From a virus, in IMG/VR virus record IMGVR_UViG_3300021963_000030: DNA of 64,000 nucleotides; one strand, written 5' to 3'. Shown here piece after piece: positions 36,158-45,200 of the stretch (position 1 is the first letter of the stretch; every line of letters begins with the position of its first letter). Position numbers and translations under genes: made by a program. The notes under the pieces were generated by a model, which saw only the letters and a list, made by a program, of their open reading frames with translations, ran no database searches and was not told where the DNA came from.

Positions 36158-36895
36158 ATGAAGAAAGAAACATTAAATACATTCATCGACAAATACTCGC
36201 TAAACGGAACTATTGAGTCTGTAAAGTGGGTGGTAAGTGCAAAAGACAAAAATATCAAGACATCTGCGATTAGTGATGACAAGAACGTTTTGGGATTTGT
36301 CACTATCAAGACTAATGATGGATTGGAAGATATGGAAATTGGTGTCAATGACACTGCCAAGCTGAAGAAGATGTTGACAGTCTTGGCAGAAGAGTTGACT
36401 ATTTCTCCAACCAAGACAAACGAAAAGGTTACATCTTTGACACTGGCAAGTGCAGAAACGGACGTTCAGTATGTTACGTCTGACTTGAGTGTGATTCCCA
36501 AGGCGGTTGAACTCAAGAAATTGCCTCCGTTCAACTTGGAGATTCCATTGACCAAGGAGTTCGTAACGACCTTTGTAAAGGCAAAGAGTGCGTTGAGTGA
36601 CGTTGATATCTTTACTCTGACCACAGATAAGAAGGGTAAGATCAAGATGACTCTAGGATTTAGTAATGTAAACAGTAATCGTATCAATATTGAGGTAAAG
36701 CCTACCGCTGGTAAGGATAAGATTGGCAAGACTCTACATTTCAGTGCGAAGTATCTCAAGGAGATCTTGACTTCCAATACAGACTGTGATAATGCTGTAT
36801 TGAAGATCAGTGACGCAGGTATTGCGAACGTTGAGTTTGATAACGATATGTTCAACAGCAATTACTTTCTGATCGAATTCAAGAACATTGACTAA
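36158..36895 (+). CDS. DNA sliding clamp, T4 gp45-like
   Basis: 245 aa, beta-rich two-domain pattern, FSAKYLKEIL, located between polB and the clamp loader. Confidence 0.7.
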   Translation: MKKETLNTFIDKYSLNGTIESVKWVVSAKDKNIKTSAISDDKNVLGFVTIKTNDGLEDMEIGVNDTAKLKKMLTVLAEELTISPTKTNEKVTSLTLASAETDVQYVTSDLSVIPKAVELKKLPPFNLEIPLTKEFVTTFVKAKSALSDVDIFTLTTDKKGKIKMTLGFSNVNSNRINIEVKPTAGKDKIGKTLHFSAKYLKEILTSNTDCDNAVLKISDAGIANVEFDNDMFNSNYFLIEFKNID

Positions 36896-36903
36896 TATAA
36901 ATT

Positions 36904-37863
36904 ATGAGTTTCTTTACTGAAACAGAACAACCGCAGGTTTCGGATCATGGTGTTTGGGCAGAAAAGTATCGTCCAGACACACTTGAAGACTATATTTGTG
37001 ATGAGCGAGTCAGATCGATCATTACGGATTTTATCAACAAGAAGAATGTGCCTGGTCATTTGCTTTTTCACGGTAATGCGGGAACTGGCAAAACGACGTT
37101 GGCAAAGATTATCACCAAGAATATTCCTTGTGATGTGATGTATGTCAACGCATCGGATAATACTGGTGTGGACTTTGTTCGTGATAAGATCAAGCCATTC
37201 GCTTCGACGATGGGTTTCAATGACCTAAAGATTGTGATTTTGGATGAGTCTGATTATATGTCTCAGAACTCACAGGCATCACTTCGTAATTTGATGGAGA
37301 CCTACAGTAAGACCACACGGTTCATTCTTACATGTAACTATATTGATAAGATTATTGAACCGTTGTTTAGTAGGACTCAAGTGTTCAAGTTGGAACCTCC
37401 CACTATGAAGGATGTTGCGATGTATATCGTTAAGATCTTGACTAAGGAGAATATCTCTTATGATATGCCTGAGGTTGCGACTGTGGTTAAGGAATATTAT
37501 CCAGATATCCGTAAGATTGTCAACGTGGTTCAACAGAGTTCTACTAGTGGCAAACTTGAGTTGGTCAAACTACAAAGTGCCAATGCGGATGTAAAGAACA
37601 AGATGATTTCTATTCTTAAGACCGCAAAGACCAACAAGAAAGCGTTTACAGAGATCCGACAGTTGATCAACGATGTGGGTATTAAACACTTTGATGAATT
37701 GTATTCTGAGTTGTATAACAAGGCTACGGAATATGACAATGGACATACAATTAGTGTGATCGTGGACATATCAGAAAGTCTGTATCAGAATTCGTTGGTT
37801 ATTGATAAAGAAATTACGTTTATGGCTTGTATTGCCAAGATCATAAAAGTCATATCCAAGTAA
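36904..37863 (+). CDS. clamp loader ATPase subunit (RFC/T4 gp44-like)
   Basis: WAEKYRP, GNAGTGKTT, NASD, ILDESD, LRNLME, FILTCNY, YPDIRK. Confidence 0.95.
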   Translation: MSFFTETEQPQVSDHGVWAEKYRPDTLEDYICDERVRSIITDFINKKNVPGHLLFHGNAGTGKTTLAKIITKNIPCDVMYVNASDNTGVDFVRDKIKPFASTMGFNDLKIVILDESDYMSQNSQASLRNLMETYSKTTRFILTCNYIDKIIEPLFSRTQVFKLEPPTMKDVAMYIVKILTKENISYDMPEVATVVKEYYPDIRKIVNVVQQSSTSGKLELVKLQSANADVKNKMISILKTAKTNKKAFTEIRQLINDVGIKHFDELYSELYNKATEYDNGHTISVIVDISESLYQNSLVIDKEITFMACIAKIIKVISK

Positions 37864-37907
37864 ATGTAAAAAGTAGATAAATACCCACTCGGACTATTTA
37901 TTTCCAA

Positions 37908-40559
37908 ATGAGTTACAGCAAAAAAGTTGTTTATTTTGGATCAGATGGTGCGAGTGGGTATGCTAATGCGGCTAAGGGATACATTTATGACTTAATACAA
38001 AGTGGTCATGAAGTATTTTTTGGAACATTATCTGGTGCTCCAGTAAAAGACGATACTGAGTTTTATAACTATTTTCATAAGAATGTTAAGAAAATTCCAG
38101 TCTTTTCCAAGAAAGAAAAACTTGAAGGTGCGGATGTAGTAATTCATTTTACTCCCGATATTTGGAATAAAGTAATTAATTCTCACAAAGACTGGATTGG
38201 CAACAAGAAAGTTATTGGTAGAACCGTATGGGATTTTGATCCTGTTCCTGACAAGTGGGTAAAAGACATTAACGACAGTATTGTTAATGTTGTTAGCGTT
38301 CCATCCGAATGGTGTAAAAATGTGTTTATTAAGTCTGGTGTAAAAAAGGATGTAATTGTAGAACCACACACTGTTCCAAACATTAATTATACTAAATATG
38401 GTTTGGTAGATCTATTAAATAATGCTAGAGTATTTAGTCCAGTCCCCATCAATTATCAACGGTATACAAAACGAGTAAAATTCTTAAATATATCTTCATT
38501 GGTAGCACGAAAGAATACTGGATTTTTGATCGAAGCATATTTGGATTCGTTTACATTTGATGATGAAACTCTACTAATATGCAAGTTCACTGATCACATC
38601 AATAATATCTCTCATATTGAAAAACATATACAAGAGATAATTCTAAAGAAGATCAAGAATAAAGAAAAAGATTATGCCTATGCTCCAATTGTAGTAATAA
38701 GTGAACGATTGAGTTTCGATAAAATTCAAAGTCTACATGATGATACAGACATTTATGTTAATGTATCTAAGGGTGAGGGCTTCAATATACCATGTTATAC
38801 TGCTTCAAGAAAAAATAAAGATATTGTTACTCTATTACACGGAGGTATGACAGATTATCTGACAAACTATCCGAAGTTATTTGAAGTTGACTATAACACT
38901 GTTAATATCAGTAGTGTAGATAAAAGTGTAGATTTATCTATGATGATGTGGATCAATATGAATACTAAGAGTGTTGATCCTTCATATGAAGATTTGTGTA
39001 ATAGTCTCAAATCCGCCTATTATTCCAACATCAAAAAATGTGTATACTTTGATTCGGTTGAACTTTATCAACCACATACAACTTTGACTGAAGAGTCATC
39101 GCTGTTTCCAATTTATTTTAAAAACGGATGGCACAATGAATTGTTGACGGCAGGTATTTGGTCTGAAAAACAATCTGAAATGGTGATCGGTCCAGATGTT
39201 CATAAGATTGAGTTTTTATTAGAAAGTGTTCAAGATAACGTAATAACTTTGACTATAAACGATGTGGATCATGTTTATCAAGTAAAACGTGGTCAGTATT
39301 CATTAAAGGTAATTTCTAAAGAAGAAAAACATATCGAATTCGACTGTCAAACCACAGTGAATGGGTCGTGTGTAGGTAGAAATGAGGATAAAGATTATGG
39401 TGTCAAAATTGTTGACATTTACGTTAATGGTATCAAAAACTCAACGAGTAAGCTTGTATTAAAAGATGCAAATTTCAACGAACGTGTGCTTGTAGATAGT
39501 GGATTTATTATAGAAAAATCGAATGTCTTGAACAAGGGTGAATACGGAGATATTATCATTAAGTTCAAAGAGTTGACTGATAATAACAAATACCCAAAAA
39601 AGATCAATCTTGGTAAACAACTTTCATTTTATTCACATAGATCTGGATGGAATTATGTGTTACACAACATGGCCGCACTCAATAGTAACAGCGGTGTATA
39701 TTGCGATGGTTTTATAGAAAATAATTTTAGTTGGAGAAAAACAGAGTGCATTCTTCAAAAGACAATTCCATATAACAAGAGTTGGGTCGGATTTATTCAC
39801 AACCCACCAAACATGCCACCATGGTTTAGTGATAATAATGCGTTTTGTAACATCATATTGCAAGATCCATATTTTCTAGATAGTCTTAGAAAATGTAAAG
39901 GGTTATATACACTGTCAGAGTATCACGCCAAAGTAATACGACAGTATGTTCCATTTGTTCCAGTCGAGTCATTGTATCATCCAACTGAAATTCCAGAGTT
40001 ACAATTTGATTTCGAAAAATTTGTCAAGAATCCAGAAAAGAAACTTATCACTATTGGATGGTGGCTTCGTAAGTTAAATGCATTATATACCGTTAACCCC
40101 GACGGATATCAGAAGGTAAGATTGCTGCCAAACAACAAGTGTAAAGATACAATTTTTAGATTGGAAAAAATAGAATCATTGGTCAACAATCAACAAATAA
40201 CTGACGAACAAAGAAATTCTGTAAGAATACTTGACTTCTTACCTAATGATGAATATGATAAGATACTGACTGAAAATTTAGTATACCTTGATTTATATGA
40301 TAGTAGTGCCAATAACGGTATCATTGAATGTATGGCTAGAGCAACCCCAATATTTATAAATCGACTTCCCGCAATTGTTGAGTATTTGGGAGAAGGATAC
40401 CCACTATATATTGACAGTCAATATGACTTGGAAGCTAAAATAAAAGATTTAGATTTGATAAAGAAAGCACATCTTTATCTAAAAACAATAAGATACAAAG
40501 TTGAAATTGGCCACTTTTTAGAGAGTATGGTCAATTCAAAGATATATAAGAGTTTATGA
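37908..40559 (+). CDS. multidomain glycosyltransferase: GT4 domain, beta accessory domain and a C-terminal GT-B-like domain
   Basis: SGYANAAKGY, RKN, SKGEGFNIP. GWH...WS domain. HRSGW...GFIHNP...IGWWLRK...DSSANNGIIEC. Confidence 0.7.
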   Translation: MSYSKKVVYFGSDGASGYANAAKGYIYDLIQSGHEVFFGTLSGAPVKDDTEFYNYFHKNVKKIPVFSKKEKLEGADVVIHFTPDIWNKVINSHKDWIGNKKVIGRTVWDFDPVPDKWVKDINDSIVNVVSVPSEWCKNVFIKSGVKKDVIVEPHTVPNINYTKYGLVDLLNNARVFSPVPINYQRYTKRVKFLNISSLVARKNTGFLIEAYLDSFTFDDETLLICKFTDHINNISHIEKHIQEIILKKIKNKEKDYAYAPIVVISERLSFDKIQSLHDDTDIYVNVSKGEGFNIPCYTASRKNKDIVTLLHGGMTDYLTNYPKLFEVDYNTVNISSVDKSVDLSMMMWINMNTKSVDPSYEDLCNSLKSAYYSNIKKCVYFDSVELYQPHTTLTEESSLFPIYFKNGWHNELLTAGIWSEKQSEMVIGPDVHKIEFLLESVQDNVITLTINDVDHVYQVKRGQYSLKVISKEEKHIEFDCQTTVNGSCVGRNEDKDYGVKIVDIYVNGIKNSTSKLVLKDANFNERVLVDSGFIIEKSNVLNKGEYGDIIIKFKELTDNNKYPKKINLGKQLSFYSHRSGWNYVLHNMAALNSNSGVYCDGFIENNFSWRKTECILQKTIPYNKSWVGFIHNPPNMPPWFSDNNAFCNIILQDPYFLDSLRKCKGLYTLSEYHAKVIRQYVPFVPVESLYHPTEIPELQFDFEKFVKNPEKKLITIGWWLRKLNALYTVNPDGYQKVRLLPNNKCKDTIFRLEKIESLVNNQQITDEQRNSVRILDFLPNDEYDKILTENLVYLDLYDSSANNGIIECMARATPIFINRLPAIVEYLGEGYPLYIDSQYDLEAKIKDLDLIKKAHLYLKTIRYKVEIGHFLESMVNSKIYKSL

Positions 40560-40978
40560 ATATCAAAGAAATATATTACAATAACAAGATATACACAGTG
40601 CCAACAACATCAGTAAAGCACATTGATAATAGCGACGTAACACAAATAGAAGAAGATTTGATAGTTTATTATTCGGATCAACATCAAGCTTGGAGAGAAG
40701 CTTCGTTAGACCTACAAAAAATGTATACGAATAAGGTAGTTGTAAATGTTTTGTCTGGTGATGAGACTTTAAAATTAAAAGTGAATGCCGACGACGTAAT
40801 TGAAATTTTAGATAAAAAAGTAGTTAAGGTGAAGTTGGAATCAATTGTAGTGTGTGACGATGATGTTAAAAATATTTGGAAAGTAGTAGACCAAAGTAAT
40901 GACCTATGTAAGCTTTATAAAATATTTGATCAAAACAAACATCGATTAAGTGCTGAAAACAAAATATTCAATGGATAA
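40556..40978 (+). CDS. hypothetical beta-rich protein
   Basis: 140 aa, operon-coupled. Weak Hint-like pattern. Confidence 0.55.
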   Translation: MNIKEIYYNNKIYTVPTTSVKHIDNSDVTQIEEDLIVYYSDQHQAWREASLDLQKMYTNKVVVNVLSGDETLKLKVNADDVIEILDKKVVKVKLESIVVCDDDVKNIWKVVDQSNDLCKLYKIFDQNKHRLSAENKIFNG

Positions 40979-40983
40979 AGTTA

Positions 40984-42078
40984 ATGAAAGATTTGTCTAA
41001 AAAGTTTTGTTTCAAACCATGGGACCATCTAGAAATTGGACCTGGACAAACACACAGATTACCAACAGAATACACTGAAGATGTTGTTTATCCATGTTGT
41101 TCAAATTGGATAAACAGATATCATTTTGGCAAAATTGACAAAGATATCAAATTTAATGATGTGTGGAATAGTGATAAAGCAAAGAAATTTAGACAATCAA
41201 TTTTAGATGGTAGTTACAAATATTGCAATAAAACACTATGTCCTTGGATACAGAATAACAATTTGCCAGATGTGGACGATGTAATTTCTGGAAAACATGG
41301 AGAAGAAAAAAAGAATATATATCTGACCAAAGAATTACATTCTGATTATCCAAACTATATCAATCTATGTTATGACAAAAGTTGCAATTTAAAATGTCCA
41401 AGTTGCAGAAAAGATTTTGAATTTTTGACCGAAAAAAGCGACAGTGAATTATATTTGTATAAACTAGCGCATCAGAAAAATTTGATTGAATATTTGTATA
41501 CATGTAAGACAAAAACATGTGTCAATATAACTGGATCTGGAGACCCATTTGCTAGTAGGTTGTTTTGGGAACTTATTACTTCATTTGATGGTATCAAAAA
41601 TCCATTGTTACAATTTCAGTTTCAAACAAACGGCGTTCTTTTTACAGAAGAAAACTGGAACAAAATGAAGAACCTACACAATAACTGTATAACAGCTGTA
41701 ATTAGTTTGGATGCCGGAACTGAAGAAACATACAATTACACCAGACGAGGTGGAGACTGGAATAAACTCATGAACAATTTGCAATTTGTCAAACGTCTTT
41801 TTGATGAAAAGAAATTGTGGTATGTTAGATTAGATTTTGTTTGTCAACAGAAAAACTACAAGGAAATCCCGCTTTTTATTGATATAGCAAAAAAATACAA
41901 TTTTCACTGTTATTTGTCAAGAATTGATAACTGGGGAACATACTCCGAAGAAGAGTTTAAAGTCCACAATATATTTGATAAACATCATCCAGAACATAGT
42001 GAATTTCTGAAAATAGTTAATCAAACATATGATTATGAATTCATCGATTTTGGTAACCTAAGTGAGTTCAGAAAATAA
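40984..42078 (+). CDS. radical SAM protein with N-terminal SPASM/twitch domain
   Basis: FCFKPW...PCC...WNS...CNKTLCP, CNLKCPSC, TGSGDPF, QTNG, ISLDAGT. Confidence 0.88.
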   Translation: MKDLSKKFCFKPWDHLEIGPGQTHRLPTEYTEDVVYPCCSNWINRYHFGKIDKDIKFNDVWNSDKAKKFRQSILDGSYKYCNKTLCPWIQNNNLPDVDDVISGKHGEEKKNIYLTKELHSDYPNYINLCYDKSCNLKCPSCRKDFEFLTEKSDSELYLYKLAHQKNLIEYLYTCKTKTCVNITGSGDPFASRLFWELITSFDGIKNPLLQFQFQTNGVLFTEENWNKMKNLHNNCITAVISLDAGTEETYNYTRRGGDWNKLMNNLQFVKRLFDEKKLWYVRLDFVCQQKNYKEIPLFIDIAKKYNFHCYLSRIDNWGTYSEEEFKVHNIFDKHHPEHSEFLKIVNQTYDYEFIDFGNLSEFRK

Positions 42079-42082
42079 AGTT

Positions 42083-43210
42083 ATGTCAGAAGTAATTCAT
42101 TTTAATTCAAATCCTCTAAAATGGCATGGTGACTTAACTTTGTGTCACGATAAAACAATCAACAAGTCGTATAGATCGTTGGAAGATATAGGATGGGAAT
42201 TGGAAAATTATGCACCTCACTATTGGGGGCCGATTAATCCAGAATATTATCAGGCCTCGACGTTGTTTGTCAGAAAACATAATGGCAAAATGGAATATGG
42301 TCATTATGGAGACAGTCGTGCTACAGAAACATCTCTGTTGTTTAATGATGTTGATGCCGAATTCAATTTTAAAGATTTTGATTGGATACAAATTTTCTTA
42401 GCAGATGCTGGACCAACAATCCGCATGTTAGAAAATATCAAAATTCCAGTATTTACTACTGCGTATTATAACTTTGAATTTAAGAATTATGAACCCGATC
42501 TGGGCGTTCCAAATCCAGAACGATATATGCCGGATGTTAAAAAATTGACACTACCATATCATTACAATCGTGGTTTATTGGTCAATAATACTTTGTCAGT
42601 TTTACCAACGTGTGCTTATAACAATTTCTTTGGTGTTAATTTTAAGAATCTAATCAAGTTTAAAAAAGAATACGCTAAACATCACCGAGGCCTTCAACAA
42701 AAAGTTGGATGGCGTGGATCTATGAACTGTCATCAAAGATACTTACTTGTCAAGTTATCCCATGACAATTTTGATATGATTGATGCAAAACAGTGGGTAG
42801 GGATACCAAATTATTGTCCTCCGGCAAATAAAGACTTTTCAAATCAATTCATATACAATGAATATATGACACTAGAAGATCAGATTACACAATTTGATTA
42901 TTTGATTGAAGTTGGGGCAGGAGGATTTAGTGGAAGAGTGCCACACCTTATACAGTCAAATAGAATAGTGTTATCTACTGACCATCCAGTTTGGTCTTAT
43001 GCTGAACATCAACTAGTGTCTGATATACATTACGTTAGAATAAAAAAGGACTTAAGTAATTTAGTTGAAAAACTTCAAGATATGAAAAATAACCCTCAGA
43101 AGTATGAGGTTATTAGAGATAATATGTATAATTTGTCAGAAACACACTTTACATTGGAAAATATCCGTAAAATTGTATACGAAACAATGTGCATCAGACT
43201 AAACTTATAA
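42083..43210 (+). CDS. glycosyltransferase family 90 (CAP10-like)
   Basis: VGWRGS, QFDYLIEVGAGGFSGR, HYVRIKKDLSNL. Confidence 0.72.
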   Translation: MSEVIHFNSNPLKWHGDLTLCHDKTINKSYRSLEDIGWELENYAPHYWGPINPEYYQASTLFVRKHNGKMEYGHYGDSRATETSLLFNDVDAEFNFKDFDWIQIFLADAGPTIRMLENIKIPVFTTAYYNFEFKNYEPDLGVPNPERYMPDVKKLTLPYHYNRGLLVNNTLSVLPTCAYNNFFGVNFKNLIKFKKEYAKHHRGLQQKVGWRGSMNCHQRYLLVKLSHDNFDMIDAKQWVGIPNYCPPANKDFSNQFIYNEYMTLEDQITQFDYLIEVGAGGFSGRVPHLIQSNRIVLSTDHPVWSYAEHQLVSDIHYVRIKKDLSNLVEKLQDMKNNPQKYEVIRDNMYNLSETHFTLENIRKIVYETMCIRLNL

Positions 43211-43214
43211 ATTT

Positions 43215-44222
43215 ATGTATAGAATCACAAATATAATTGATAAAGATATTCATTTATATACGTTTGAATTCAAAAAACGTTCCAGCATCATTTTTCGGGA
43301 ATTTCCAAAGTTTTTAAATATTTATGTCGAAAACACCGACTTCGCATATTTGTTGAAACGATCTTCTTGGTTAAAAAATGAAAACTTAACTCATGTGAAA
43401 GAAGACTTCACATTTGACAAAGAGGTAGAACATTTATCTCACGCATCATTATTTTTGTTTGATGATTATTTTGGTAATTATCTACATTACTTTCTAGAAA
43501 CATTTCCTAAATTGGAATATTTCATGCGAATAAAAGAAAGTATCCCAGATTTAAAGTTGATTGTTCCTGACTTTATGTGGGATGTATCATTTATCAAAGA
43601 ATCTATTCTTTTGTATTTTGATAATAACATGAATGATGTGGTAGTATTAAGTGGTTCTAAACATTATACATGTGATAGATTGTTAATACCCAGTAATGTA
43701 TATCTATGGCCTGATAAGGGATATTTTTCAAGTATCATACATGACAGTTTTAAGACATTATCAAACAAGGTTACTATTGACGATAAAAAAGAAGGTGTGT
43801 ATATTTCGAGACAAGATATTGTCAAACTTGGTTGGAGACACAATAGACATTTACAAAATGAACTAGAATTGATTGATAAGATCAAAACCAAATTCGATTA
43901 CGATATAATTGAGCTATATGATTTGAACATGTATGATAAAATCAAAGTATTCAAGTCATACAATAATATAATACAGACAAATGGTGCTGCTATGATAAAT
44001 TTATTGGTATGTCAACCAAATACAAACTATCACATCATTTCACATCCATTGTATGGTCCATGGGCAAACCCAATATTGAGAGACTCGGCAAATAGATTGG
44101 GCGTCAATTTTTATGATTACGATTATGCTAAATTACTTGAAGATCATGAACCTATTGTAGGTGATACCAATAATAGACCATGGCGATTGGAAAACATAGA
44201 CCACATGTTATCAAGACTATAA
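43215..44222 (+). CDS. glycosyltransferase family 61 (DUF563)
   Basis: NYLHYFLETFPKL, YISRQD...R..QNE, NGAAMINL. Confidence 0.75.
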   Translation: MYRITNIIDKDIHLYTFEFKKRSSIIFREFPKFLNIYVENTDFAYLLKRSSWLKNENLTHVKEDFTFDKEVEHLSHASLFLFDDYFGNYLHYFLETFPKLEYFMRIKESIPDLKLIVPDFMWDVSFIKESILLYFDNNMNDVVVLSGSKHYTCDRLLIPSNVYLWPDKGYFSSIIHDSFKTLSNKVTIDDKKEGVYISRQDIVKLGWRHNRHLQNELELIDKIKTKFDYDIIELYDLNMYDKIKVFKSYNNIIQTNGAAMINLLVCQPNTNYHIISHPLYGPWANPILRDSANRLGVNFYDYDYAKLLEDHEPIVGDTNNRPWRLENIDHMLSRL

Positions 44223-44225
44223 TTT

Positions 44226-45200
44226 ATGGAAAAGATAAAACTCAAAGGCGGATCATTAAGCGGCGTATATCTCATCAAGGATGACAAAAAAACATATGTG
44301 AGAAAAGAAGTTTCGGTGTTACACAATAGAGAATATGGATTTCAAAGATGGTATTCGCAACTTAAAAAGATTCAGAGATATAACTCATTGTTTCCAAATT
44401 TGTTTCCAGAGTTAATATCATACGGATTAGAAGAAGACATTGCATATTTTGATATGGAGTATTTAGAAAACGCCATATCAGCACATAAGTTTGTATGTTC
44501 AACCACCGATCCCAAAAAGATTGAAATATTTCTAGAAAATCTATTATCGTCGATGAACAGACTTCATTCTGTTAAATTGAAATCTAACACGAACTCTCTC
44601 GATCTATACATAAAAGAAGAAGTATTACAGAAGTTAAATGATGCTATAATTGATGATATATTTTTACAGTTTGTCAAACATAAAACAGTTAATGTTAATG
44701 GTTATGACATAAACGCTTTTTATTATGAAGTGGATAACTATACATCATTATTTAAAAAAGTATACAATAATCCAGTTGAGTGTTTTACTCACGGAAATAT
44801 AACATTGGAAAATTTATTATACGATGAAGAGAATGATAAATTATACTTCATAGATCCATACGAAGAAAACATAATCGACTCTTCTTTAACAGAGTATTCT
44901 CAGATATTTCAATCAACTAATTCAAAATATGAGATATATAATAACCTAGATATAGATGTGGTCAACAACAATTTGATTATAAACAACGTTGATAATTTTG
45001 GAGTAGACTATTTGAATAAATTGTTCGATGACCATCTACGCAAAACAATCAGTAATGATCAATACATAAGTGTAAAATTGTTTGAAGTATCTCAGTTTGT
45101 AAGAATGCTCCCATTTAAAAAAGAAATTGACAAAAATAAGATGTTATTTTTCTACATATTAGCATCGAAGTTATTTAATGATGTTAAAATCCTATTATGA
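44226..45200 (+). CDS. APH/choline-kinase-like phosphotransferase
   Basis: LKGGSLSGVY, VRK, FDMEYL, HGNITLENLL, FIDP. Confidence 0.75.
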   Translation: MEKIKLKGGSLSGVYLIKDDKKTYVRKEVSVLHNREYGFQRWYSQLKKIQRYNSLFPNLFPELISYGLEEDIAYFDMEYLENAISAHKFVCSTTDPKKIEIFLENLLSSMNRLHSVKLKSNTNSLDLYIKEEVLQKLNDAIIDDIFLQFVKHKTVNVNGYDINAFYYEVDNYTSLFKKVYNNPVECFTHGNITLENLLYDEENDKLYFIDPYEENIIDSSLTEYSQIFQSTNSKYEIYNNLDIDVVNNNLIINNVDNFGVDYLNKLFDDHLRKTISNDQYISVKLFEVSQFVRMLPFKKEIDKNKMLFFYILASKLFNDVKILL

